DNA of 64,000 nucleotides from an uncultured Acidobacteriota bacterium (lineage in GTDB: Bacteria > Acidobacteriota > Thermoanaerobaculia > Multivoradales > UBA5704), in contig CAWHUF010000014.1 of the NCBI GenBank assembly GCA_963832495.1, positions 279,308-343,307 on the forward strand, in the 5' to 3' direction. This document shows positions 37,346 through 47,019 of the stretch, piece by piece. The notes beneath the pieces are model-generated. The model searched no databases, was not told the DNA's origin, and worked only from the letters and a program-made list of their open reading frames with translations. The stretch's first letter is position 1; each line of letters starts with the position of its first letter. The translations under genes were made by a program, and so were the position numbers.

Positions 37346-40264
37346 TCAATCGGATTCGAGCACTTCCCTCTCGTCACTTGTGCTCGGTTGTTCAGCCTCC
37401 TTGCCCTTGTAGGCTTCGATATAGGGTCGTAACTCGGTAAAGGTATGTCTCAGGACATGCCGTCGCTGCTTCCAATCGTAAGGGATAGTCGGCCGGCCTA
37501 CGTGCTTCTGCCAAAGCAGGTCGATTGGGGTTGAAGCAAGACTATTTATTGAGGGTTTCGGATAGATCTCCGCCAGCACAACCGGCAACTCCTCCGCGAA
37601 GGTCTCGGAGTTCTCGCCGATTCTTACGAACTCGAGAGTCGAGTCCGGGCAAGCCCCGGAAGCCCAGAGTTCCCAAGCCGAGAAGTCCTTTTCCTTGCGG
37701 ATCCTGGACATCGCCCAGCGAGGAAGCCGCATGCGGTCCTTCCCGGTGCGGAGACGATCGGCCCAATCCTTTCGGATGAGAAGACGGACACCTCTTGGAC
37801 TCAGTATTCGCCACAGGAAGTTCTCTGGTTCGGCACCTAGAATCTTGCGAATCCAATGATCAATGGCAAGTTTCCTGTTATCCAAGTCAAACCAAACTAT
37901 GGGAGAAGGCAGTGAAGTATCCACGCTATTCAACAACTTCCGGATGAGATAATACGGTACAGCCACAACGGACCGTCCTGCTCTCGCAACTTGGAGGTTA
38001 TGTCCAGTTAGAATGCCGGTGCCTTCGGGTGAATGAAACCAAGCGATTTGTGCCGGGGGAAGTCCAGCATATCCCGATGTCATCTTCTCCCACCTACTTC
38101 TGGGCGCTGTGAGTGCTGCGTGAGCGATAAAATCGCGGGTCACATCTTCGAGTAATTCGCTTTGAAAAGGTAATTCTTTTTGGGTTAGTGCCGTCCGGCT
38201 CAGATTGAGCGGAAGCTTCCCGTCAGGATCAAAGATGGATAGATTTGGAGTACGAAGCGACCAACCATCGGATACGCTTTCAAGTCGCATAAGAGGTGTA
38301 GAAAGCCCATGCGTTATTTTAATTCCATTGCACACCAGTGCCGGGACCTTTGCATAGGTCCATTGGACATCTTCGTAGTCAGGTACAAGGATTCGGTGCC
38401 AGCCCTGGGGTAGTGCAACTCTCGAGCTGGGTAGAGTATGCACCTGCGCAAGATTTCTCGGCTTCTTTGCGTGAACATCCCATACTCTTCTAACCATCTT
38501 GGGCTCGGAGAGGCAAAACCAATCCCAGGCCTCCGCTTTTGCTAAAGCCTTCAAGGAGTTGACGCTGAGCCTCACCTTAATCGTTGTACCTATCGACCTA
38601 TGGCACCTCCGAAGTTCGATGTTGTCGGTATCTAGTTTGGCTCTGAAGCAAAATCCATCGGTGCTGTCGATGTGCCTCGTAGATACCTCTAGCTCTTCTC
38701 CCAGCAGGAAGGCAGCTAAGGCTCCGATTCCAAATCGGCCCGATCGTAGTATCAAGGATTTTCCTGCTTGGTCCTCAAAAGTCTTGCGCCATAGATCACT
38801 TCGGCGAAAAGAGGCTCCAACCTTGAGGAAATAGGAACAAATTGTATCAATTGTCATTCCTATCCCTTGATCCTCTACGATTAACCAGGAACCCTCGTTT
38901 GAATCTCTCCTGACCTCAACATTAATATCTGGATCCTGTGTTCCTGCCAGATTAATCTGGAGAGCCTCTCGATATAGCCACAGTTCACGCACAGCATCCA
39001 GTGAGTTTTGGATCAATTCTCGGACACCGATCTCGGGCTTATCGCCATAGAGTGGCTCGACTAGCAGGGGAATCAGATCACCGCTTGCAGCTTCGAATGC
39101 CGCCCGCCTCGGAACGTACTCCACTAGCAGTCCGAAAGCTTCCTCATCATCGAGTGTTGATCGCACCCGTCGGGGGGTCAGCCCAAGTCCTTTTAGCTCC
39201 TCCCAACGGCCATAGACTTCCCCTAAGACCGCCCAAGAGACATCGAGTTCTTCTTGTAGGCCTGATAGAAGCTCTTTTAATGCCAAGTAACGGTCGACGT
39301 CCTGTGGCAAAGTGTCAACAAAGATCGCTTCTGGATCTTCATGCGTAGTCCGAATGTCCCTTACGGCTTGGTGCTCCTTCCATTTGCCAAGCGAGAGAGG
39401 GCTCCATAATCGTTTGACTTGGAGAAGCTGTTTAGGTGCCCGATCCGCCTCTACTTGGAGGTAGTCGGAGATGCGAAGGAGAACCATTAGGAACACCGCG
39501 TGAACACCTCGGTACTGTCGCAAATCATAGGCAGTCCGCAAGGGATCGAAGAGCTCTCGGAGCGGCATGCCATGGCTTCTTGCCACCAGACCCGCCAAAT
39601 CGGCAAGATCCTTCTCGAGACTCAGGCGGAGAGGTTCTCCGCCTGAACGGCCTGGCACACCCCAGCGCGCAATCTCATGAGCCAGGCGATGATGGTGGCG
39701 GCGCAAGAAGTCCCCAATCAAGAGGCGATCTCGCAGAGTCCAATCTCTTGGATCCGAAGCAGGTTGACGCACGGGCTCCAAGTCGCCGTAGAGGTTCCTA
39801 AGTTCCCGTCCGTTGAAGCGGCGTGCCAGCGAAAGGTACTCTTCCCAAAGAATGGGCCAAGGCCGGTCACTCGGAAGTAGGACTTCCGCCCTCACTAGTC
39901 GAGGGTTGATTAACTGGAGGAATCCATCGTCGGTCAAGTGCATTGCGGCGTCGTGTAGAAGACCTGCCACAACCAGGACTGCAGCATCAGCGGCTGTGAG
40001 AATCGGCCACGCCTCGTCCCTTAAGATCGCAGCGGCGGTCTGTAGCACGCTCTCAACGTGATCGGGATCGTGCCGTGTGTACTCTGGGAAGAACGGAGTG
40101 CCGCTTAGCTCCATCCAAGGTCTGAATTCTTCCAAAGCTTGGAGAGTCGCCGAATAGAGAGCTCGATCTCGTTCTAGAAGCTGCAGCAGCCGTATAGGTA
40201 TCTTCAAGACAGTTTCCCTCTCGCGAGAAATAGTAACTTTAGCGCAAATAGCCTTCAAGCTCAA
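37346..40264 (-). CDS. HD-domain + GHKL/HATPase_c_3 ATPase protein (972 aa), AT-shifted foreign insertion; candidate defence or selfish gene
   Basis: The N-terminus has an HD motif (RHDPDHVESV ... LLHDAAMH ... HHHRLAH). The middle has a Bergerat-fold ATPase N-box (GVRELIQNSLDAV), G1 box (LIVEDQGIGMT) and G2 box (GRFGIGALAAF). The gene is visibly AT-richer than its flanks, for example ttaatatctggatcctgtgttcctgccagattaatctgg. It occupies the gap between the two asnA fragments. Confidence 0.7.
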   Translation of the reverse strand: MSLKAICAKVTISRERETVLKIPIRLLQLLERDRALYSATLQALEEFRPWMELSGTPFFPEYTRHDPDHVESVLQTAAAILRDEAWPILTAADAAVLVVAGLLHDAAMHLTDDGFLQLINPRLVRAEVLLPSDRPWPILWEEYLSLARRFNGRELRNLYGDLEPVRQPASDPRDWTLRDRLLIGDFLRRHHHRLAHEIARWGVPGRSGGEPLRLSLEKDLADLAGLVARSHGMPLRELFDPLRTAYDLRQYRGVHAVFLMVLLRISDYLQVEADRAPKQLLQVKRLWSPLSLGKWKEHQAVRDIRTTHEDPEAIFVDTLPQDVDRYLALKELLSGLQEELDVSWAVLGEVYGRWEELKGLGLTPRRVRSTLDDEEAFGLLVEYVPRRAAFEAASGDLIPLLVEPLYGDKPEIGVRELIQNSLDAVRELWLYREALQINLAGTQDPDINVEVRRDSNEGSWLIVEDQGIGMTIDTICSYFLKVGASFRRSDLWRKTFEDQAGKSLILRSGRFGIGALAAFLLGEELEVSTRHIDSTDGFCFRAKLDTDNIELRRCHRSIGTTIKVRLSVNSLKALAKAEAWDWFCLSEPKMVRRVWDVHAKKPRNLAQVHTLPSSRVALPQGWHRILVPDYEDVQWTYAKVPALVCNGIKITHGLSTPLMRLESVSDGWSLRTPNLSIFDPDGKLPLNLSRTALTQKELPFQSELLEDVTRDFIAHAALTAPRSRWEKMTSGYAGLPPAQIAWFHSPEGTGILTGHNLQVARAGRSVVAVPYYLIRKLLNSVDTSLPSPIVWFDLDNRKLAIDHWIRKILGAEPENFLWRILSPRGVRLLIRKDWADRLRTGKDRMRLPRWAMSRIRKEKDFSAWELWASGACPDSTLEFVRIGENSETFAEELPVVLAEIYPKPSINSLASTPIDLLWQKHVGRPTIPYDWKQRRHVLRHTFTELRPYIEAYKGKEAEQPSTSDEREVLESD

Positions 40265-40288
40265 GGAACTTTACGAGGGGCAAGTCAT

Positions 40289-40828
40289 TTGGCATGTACC
40301 AAAGCCCACGTCTTGAGTGGGTCTGCCGAGGAGATTCTGGACATGTACCCACACCTCCCGAAGAAGACCCGCGAGACTGCCATCCTCCAGAAATGCCTGG
40401 CCGTCTTCATCATCGGCATCGGCTGGACTCTGGCGGACGGCTACCTTCACGAGATGCGGGCCGCGGACTACGACGACTGGGTCACCGAGACCGTCTCGCC
40501 GGACGGTCGCCTGATGCACGGCCTGAACGGCGACATCCTGGTCTGGAACCCGGTGACGAAGAGGCGGCACGCACTGTCCTCTATGGGCATCCGGGTGACC
40601 AAGGAGACCCTGGTCCAGCAACTCGAGCTGACGGACCAGATGGACTTCCTGAAGCTGCCCCACCACCAGGCGGTGCTGAACGACGAGATCCCGCTCTCGA
40701 TCCATCGGCCAGTCGAGGACCACCATGCTGCTCCTCAAGAAGGCCCACCTCGGCGAGTTGAGCGTGACCGTCTGGCCCAAGGTGCTCAAGGAGATGTGCC
40801 AGCGGAAGAACATCTTCGTGCTGGAGTA
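40289..40828 (+). pseudogene. asnA: aspartate--ammonia ligase, C-terminal fragment (frameshift plus small deletion near 40710)
   Basis: It reads ... VRAADYDDWVTETVSPDGRLMHGLNGDILVWNPVTKRRHALSSMGIRV ... , matching the AsnA C-terminal half. Near LSIH the expected GGGIGQSR segment is broken. The alternative frame continues IGQSRTTMLLLKKAHLGELSVTVWP ... to a stop at 40826-40828. Confidence 0.7.
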
Positions 40829-40853
40829 GAGAGGCTCTAGGAAACCCCCCGGA

Positions 40854-40909
40854 TTTGTCCTGCCAAAAAGGACAATTTCCGCCGATCTGTCCTTCCAGGA
40901 AGGACAGAT
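40854..40909. promoter_or_regulatory. two palindromes upstream of vapB (candidate operator; first one may also act as the asnA terminator)
   Basis: The palindromes are TTGTCCTgccaaaaAGGACAA and CTGTCCTTCCaGGAAGGACAG. They share TGTCCT/AGGACA half-sites and lie ~100-150 nt upstream of vapB. Confidence 0.4.
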
Positions 40910-41004
40910 CGCGTGTCTTCCCTGGGGAGCGCGGGCATCCCTGCCGGCCTTCCTGATCTCCCAGGGTACTTGAAAACTTTCGAGTCTGGAGCCAGAATTC
41001 AGGC

Positions 41005-41265
41005 ATGACCCTTACGCTGGATCTCCCGCCGAAGCTCGTCGATGAGCTTGCCGCTGAGGCCGCCCGGCTGGGCCTGTCCGTCTCTGAATATGCCGCGCGT
41101 GTCCTCTCCCAGGACAGGAGCTTGAGGGCGGCGCCCAGGACCGGTGCGGACCTGGTCGCCTACTGGCAGGAGGAAGGTCTGGTAGGAACCCGGCCCGAGA
41201 TCACGGACAGTACGTCCTACGCGCGTGATCTGCGGCGCGAGGCCGAACGGCGGAAGCTCTCGTAG
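41005..41265 (+). CDS. vapB: type II antitoxin (VapB-like)
   Basis: An 86-aa protein sits immediately upstream of a PIN toxin and overlaps it by a few nucleotides. It has an N-terminal DNA-binding-like segment and a C-terminus rich in charged residues. Confidence 0.65.
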   Translation: MTLTLDLPPKLVDELAAEAARLGLSVSEYAARVLSQDRSLRAAPRTGADLVAYWQEEGLVGTRPEITDSTSYARDLRREAERRKLS

Positions 41266-41268
41266 AGG

Positions 41269-41652
41269 ATGCTCCTCCTCGATACAGACGTTCTCATCGA
41301 CATTCAGAAGGGACGCCCTCAGGCTCTTGCCTGGTTCGGTAGCCTGACGGAGTTGCCATCCGTTCCGGGCGTGGTCGTCATGGAGTTGATCCAGGGCGCA
41401 CAGAACACGCAGCAAGTCCGCCAAGCTCTGAAGCTGGTAGCTCCCATGCCCGTCGTCTGGCCGACAGAGAACGACTGCGCCCGCGCTCTCTCCGATTTTT
41501 CCATCCTCCATCTGACCCACGGTCTGGGGCTTCTGGACTCGCTGATCGCCGCTTGCGCTCTGGGGTGCTCGGCGACTCTGTGCACTTTCAACTCCAAGCA
41601 CTACAGAGCTGTTCCCGGTCTGTCGATCCTGGAGCCTTACGTTAAATCGTAG
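41269..41652 (+). CDS. vapC: PIN-domain ribonuclease toxin VapC
   Basis: It begins MLLLDTDVLIDIQKG, the canonical PIN N-terminus with acidic residues. It has ~127 aa with conserved D/E positions. Confidence 0.85.
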   Translation: MLLLDTDVLIDIQKGRPQALAWFGSLTELPSVPGVVVMELIQGAQNTQQVRQALKLVAPMPVVWPTENDCARALSDFSILHLTHGLGLLDSLIAACALGCSATLCTFNSKHYRAVPGLSILEPYVKS

Positions 41653-41959
41653 CCGGCTCAGATCAGACCGCACCCTCTCCTCTGAACAAACCTCCACCCA
41701 TCACCCGCTCTTGGGGAGTTTTAAAGGAGGGCCGGCGGGCCGGGCCGGCACTCCGTCCCGCCGGTACATCAAATGTCAAAGAGCTGCGTTTCTCTCAATC
41801 CGCAAATGCTTTTTCGTAGATGTCGGAGAAACTCCTCCTCTATTCCAATAGGGAGGATTTACTGCTAGGGTGACGGCATTCTCGGGACAGATCTACCGCT
41901 TGTCAATAGGGGCTCGCCATTTTGCGAGCGAAACGCGCAATTTGGCTCCTGCGGCTCTT

Positions 41960-42245
41960 GTTGCGAGCTTGGAATCCACTGGATTCTGGTTTGGAGGAAG
42001 TCTCTTCAAGGTCAGAATCCAGTGAATTCGGAAGTGAAATCCAGTGGATTCTGGCCAGAAGCATTCATTTCGAGATCGGAATCCAGTGGATTCGAGTCTC
42101 GAAGCATTCATCTTGGTCGTAGAATCCAGTGGATTTCGTTCTGGAATCCAGTGGATTCTGGTCTCGATCTCAATGCTTCTGCCGCTGAACGAGTGGATCT
42201 GAATCTTGAAATGAATGCTTCTGCGATGGAATCCAGTGGATTCGA
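41960..42245. repeat. cluster of about 7 copies of a 15-bp perfect palindrome GAATCCA(G/C)TGGATTC interleaved with GAAGCATTCA/TGAATGCTTC motifs, in a ~0.7-kb AT-shifted non-coding region
   Basis: Copies are read directly at about 41967 (GAATCCACTGGATTC), 42086, 42144 and 42228 (GAATCCAGTGGATTC). One-mismatch copies lie at about 42010, 42038 and 42122. Spacing is irregular, so this is not CRISPR-like. Confidence 0.75.
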
Positions 42246-42922
42246 GAATGGAATCTCGTGTCCCGGGAATGGTGGTGACGGTTTTGAGAACGGAATCGCT
42301 GGGTTATGGCTCTAGACAGAAACGCTGGAGGTCCGTTACTCTGGATTCGCCAGGTCCGATGAATTCTCCGAGTAAAACTGAGGGGACCTGCCATCCCGGT
42401 GAAGGTTGGCCAGGGTGGGCTCATTGACAAACGATGTGAGTTTTACCCGGGAGGTGGCTTGGGGCGGCCACCTTCCGGTCCCTCCTGTTTGAAGGGATCA
42501 GCAGGCGTGAAGTCGAGGTGGGCAGGCTCGAAGTCGTTGACGCCTCCACCGTATCGTTGCTTCAAGGCCTCAACTCTTTGCAGGAACTCTGCACCACCGG
42601 TCTTCTGGGTTCTCTTCTTCATGGCCATCGAGTCTACTGGATGGTCCTTCCCAGCCGAAACGACCGGTTTCTGTAGGGGCGGTCCGCAGGATGCCGTAGG
42701 CACCCTGCGTGGCCGCCCTGGGCTGCGCCAGACCTATCCCCGTTGTCCGTCCGTGCTCGTCCGTGTTTGTCCGTGCTGATGGCGGTCCGCCCGGGTTTCT
42801 CGCGGCCCTTCAGGCCGCAGGACTGTCGGGACCTGTTGACCCAGGGCATCGGCCTACCGGCCGAAGCCCTGGGCTGGAGTCTCGCGATCCTTCGGGCCGC
42901 AAAAACGAAGCTTACGCTGCCC

Positions 42923-45403
42923 TCACTGGACGTTGACGCGGGTCGAGATGCCGAAGGTGCGGGGCTGGTTGACCAGGTAGCCGACGCGCGCGCGCGTGCC
43001 GCGCTCCTGGTCGAGGGCGAGGAGGGCGCGCTCGTCGAACAGGTTGTTGACGAACACCGCGAATTCCCACCTGCCGGTGAGGAATCCGAGGCGGAGGTTC
43101 GCGATGTCGTAGGCCGGCAGCTCGGGATCGAAGGTGAAGGTGCTCTGGGTGAGCGGGCCGCCGATCGTGTTGGCGCCGAACGAGTTCAGGTTCACGATGC
43201 CGAAGCCCGCGGCCTGGTCGCCGATCTGGGTGAAACGCGAGCCGACGTACTGGTAGGTGCCGGTCAGATAGCCCAGCCAGTTCTGGCTCATCGGCCACTG
43301 ATAGGTGCCCGTGGCCGAGCCCTGGAACTCGGGGACGGTCGGCAGCCGGTTGCCGGACTCGATGCCGGCGACGACCGTCACGTTGCCGGCCGCGTCGGTC
43401 GAGGTCAGGGTCGACCGCAGCTCGGATTGCCCATAGTTGGCCGGCGATGGTGAAATCGAAGCTGTCGGTCGGCGCGGCCGCCCACTCGAGCTCGATGCCG
43501 GTGCTCCGCGCCTTGGGGACGTTGAAGATCACGCGCGAGGAGCACGTGCCGGCGGTCACCGTCGCCTGGAGGTTCTCGATGTCCATGTAGTAGGCCGAGA
43601 CGTTGAACGTTCCGCGGCCGCCGCTCAGGGTGGACTTGGTGCCGACCTCGTAGTTCCAGATCTCTTCGTCTTCCCACTCGTCGCGCCCGCCGAAGGTCAC
43701 CAGGTCCTGGGGGGTGCAGAGAGGCACGTTGAGCGGATCGTTGATGCCGCCGAGCCGGAAGCCCTTCGAAACCTGGGCGTTCAGCTTCGTGCCCTCCCGG
43801 ACGGCGAAGCTCGCGATGAGGCGCGGGGCGAAGCCGTTCGCCGAGGTCGAGCCCTCGCTCGTTCCGGGATCGGCGAAGATGCCGTCGAAGGTCTGGATGC
43901 GGTCTTCCTGGAAGTCGTAGTAGCGCAGGCCGCCGGTCAGGTCGAGGCGGTCGTTGACCGCCCAGGTGGCTTCGCCGAAGAGCGCGAACTGATCCATCTC
44001 GTAGCTCAGGTCCGAGAAGAAGAGCACGTCGCGCGCGGCGCCGAAGCTCCCCGCGGTGGGGATGCCGGTCAGGGTCTCGAAGCCGGAGACGAGGAGGCTC
44101 TGGCCGTAGTCGCGGTCCATGGTGCTGTAGAAGACGCCCGGTCAGCCAGTTCAGCCGGTCCCGCTCGCCGGCGAGGCGGAGCTCCTGCGTCAGCACCTTG
44201 GCGGTCGTCGCGTCGTCGAGCGGCGCGTCGAGGGTGTAGACGTTCTCCGGCAGGCCGATGCTGCCGCCGGTGATGCTCGCGGTCAGCGCCGTGGCGTCGC
44301 GGACGACCAGGATGTCGCGGTCCGTGTAGGAGGTGATCGAGGTCAGGGCCAGGTTGCCGAAGTCGTAGTTGATGTTGAGGTCGGCGAGCAGGAACTCGTC
44401 GGTGAACGGCTCCTCGAACTGGGTGAACTGCTCGCGCTCGTCCAGGTCCACCGCCGGCCGGGTGGTGGTGTAGGGATTGGCGAGGATGTTGAAGGCGTCC
44501 TCGCGGTTCCAGCCGTCCGTTTCCACCTTCTGGTAGAGGATCCGCGGGGTGATCGTCAGCCGGTCGTTCGGCTGCATCCGGAGCGCGAGGCGGCCGCCGG
44601 CGCGGTCGCCGCTGTTGACGTCTTCCTTGATGCTCAGGCCGGGCTGCACGGCGTCGATGAACCCGCCGAAGCTGTTGTAGAAGGCGGTGAAGCGCAGGGC
44701 GGTCTTGTCGCCGAGCGGCGCGTTGACCGCCACCTTGGCGCTGCCGCCGGCCTCGCCGTCGGTCAGGGTGTTGGCGGTCAGCTCGGCCACGGTCTCGTGC
44801 TCGCCGAGCTGGGGCTGGTTGGTGATGTAGCGCATCGTGCCCGAGGCCGAGCCGGCGCCGAACAGGGTGCCCTGCGGTCCGCGCAGCACCTCGACGCGCG
44901 ACATGTCGAAGAGGTCGATGTCCGGCGTGAAGAGCGAGAGCGAGATGCCGGAGTCGTCGAGATAGACGCCGACCTGCTCCTTGACGCCCGGCTGGTCGCG
45001 GACGATCTGGCCCGAGGAGACGCCGCGGATGGCGACCTGGCTCTGGCCGGGGCCGAGGTTCTGGACGGTGAAGCCCGGGGTGGTCTGCGCGATCCCTTCG
45101 ATGGAATCGACGCCCTGCTTGCGCAGCTCCTCTTCGCGTGGGCGCCGCCACGGAGAAGGGCACGTCCTGGACCTTCTCCTCGCGCAACGTCGCCGTGACG
45201 GTGATCTCTTCCGTCACCTTCTCTGCCGGCTCTTCGGGCTGGTCTTGCGGGTCGGCTGGTTGACCGGCCTGTTGGTCCGCGGGCGGTGCGGGTTCCTGGG
45301 CCGTCGCGGGCCGGGCCAGGAAGGTCAGGGTCAGGATGGCAAGCCCGAAACAGCTGACGGCCTTGCAGGCAAAGCGCCAAAAGCTCGAATCGCTGATCAT
45401 CAT
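42923..45403 (-). CDS. TonB-dependent outer-membrane receptor, reading frame broken at about 3 positions (near 45130, 44110, 43410)
   Basis: The N-terminus has a signal peptide (MMISDSSFWRFACKAVSCFGLAILTLTFLARPATAQE) with a GGAGGA RBS, and a plug-like segment. The middle and C-terminal barrel segments lie in ORFs 43405..44904, 42912..44120 and 42923..43381 (MSRVEVLRGPQGTLFGAGSASG ... ). Together they cover one receptor. Confidence 0.7.
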
Positions 45404-45508
45404 GAGATGTCCTCCAACGAGAACGCCGCCGCACGGAATCGCCCGGCGGCCATTGCTTGCGGAATCCAGCCCTACGTTCTGAGTTGGCTAATTTAGCACA
45501 GGGGACGT

Positions 45509-46912
45509 TCAGACCGTCCTGGAGTAGCGGGCCGAAGCTCCCGCCCGCAGATAGGCGTCGAAGGCCATGGCCACGTTGCGCACCAGGAGCCGGCCCCGGG
45601 GGGTGACCTCGATCGTGTCCCTTCCCAGCGCGACGAGGCCGTCGTCGGCCATGGGCACGAGGCTGTCGAGCTCCGCGGCGAACTGGTCGTCGAAGCCGAT
45701 GCCGTGCTTCGCCTCGAGCTCCCGCTTGTCGAGGCGGAAGTGGCACATCACCTTCATGATCACGTCGTGCCGCAGGCGGTCCTCGGCGGACATCACCAGG
45801 CCCCGGGAGGTGGCGAAGCGGCCTTCCTGCATGGCCTCGCCATACTCGCGGAGGGTCTTGGCGTTCTGGGCGTAGCCGCCCGCGACCTCGCTGATGGAGG
45901 AGACGCCGAAGGCCACGAGGTCGCTCTCGGCGCAGGTGGTGTAGCCCTGGAAGTTGCGGTTGAGCGTGCGGTCGCGCAGGGCCTGGGCCAGGGGATCGCC
46001 GGGCTTGGCGAAGTGGTCCATGCCGATGAAGACGTACCCGGCCTCGGTGAGGGCGGCGATGGACTGTTCCAGCATGGTGAGCTTGTCCGCCGGCGCGGGC
46101 AGGGCCGCCGGATCGATCACCCGCTGGTGGGCGAACATCGAGGGCAGGTAGGCGAAGTTGAACAGGGCCAGCCGGTCGGGCGACATGCGGAGGACCTCGC
46201 GCACGGTGGCGGCGAAGGTCTCCGGCGTCTGGAAGGGGCAGGCCGTAGATCAGGTCCACGTTGAGGCTGGTCATGCCCCGGGCGCGGGCGGCGTCCATGA
46301 CCGCCCAGGTCTCCTCCACGGACTGGACGCGGTTGACGGCCTGCTGCACCTGGGGATCGAGGTCCTGAAGGCCCATGCTCAGGCGGTTGAACCCGCCGGC
46401 GGCCAGGGCGTCGAGCTGTTCGGGGGTGCACTCGCGGGGATCGATCTCGACGCCGATCTCGCAGTCCGGGGCGAAGCGGAAGTAGCGGCGCAGGAGGCTC
46501 ATGAGCTCGGTCAGGTCCTCGGCCGGCAGGAACGTCGGCGTGCCGCCGCCCCAGTGCACCTGGACGACCTCCCGGCGGCCGGCCTGCAGCCTCTCGGCGG
46601 CCATCTCCATCTCCCGCGCCAGCATGGGCAGGTAGCGCTTGCCCCAGGTGCGGTCGCGCGAGATGGTGACGTTGCAGCCGCAGAAGAAGCAGCGCACGTC
46701 GCAGAACGGCACGTGCACGTAGAGGGAGAGCGGCCGTTCCGGGTGATTTCCGGGGTCTCCGCTCCGGGAGAGGAGGCTGGCGAAGTCGGCCGGGCCGAAG
46801 TCCTCCTCGAACTGCGGTGCCGTGGGATAGGAGGTGTAGCGGGGACCGGGCTGGTCGTACTTCACGATCATCTCCCGGTCGAAGCGGATCGGCTGCCAGA
46901 GGTCGTCCATGG
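45509..46912 (-). CDS. hemN: oxygen-independent coproporphyrinogen III oxidase (radical SAM), single-C homopolymer frameshift near 46235
   Basis: It has the CDVRCFFCGC radical-SAM cysteine motif and GGGTPTFL. The C-terminal half (ORF 45509..46204) continues ... FQTPETFAATV ... after an extra C in gcccctt. Confidence 0.85.
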
Positions 46913-47019
46913 AAGGTAAGCGTAGGAGCCTCCGGACGATTGCGCACCACACCGGGGGAGGGTTCCGGAGCCGCCCGGTTTGGCCTACCCGGTGGCTACC
47001 CGGCGGGGTGGGGGCTTTT

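Noticed and set aside
41960-42245. CRISPR array
   Set aside because: The repeats are 15-bp perfect palindromes with irregular spacing and degenerate copies. There are no uniform spacers, no leader and no cas genes. The cluster is classed as an iteron or operator-like palindrome cluster instead.
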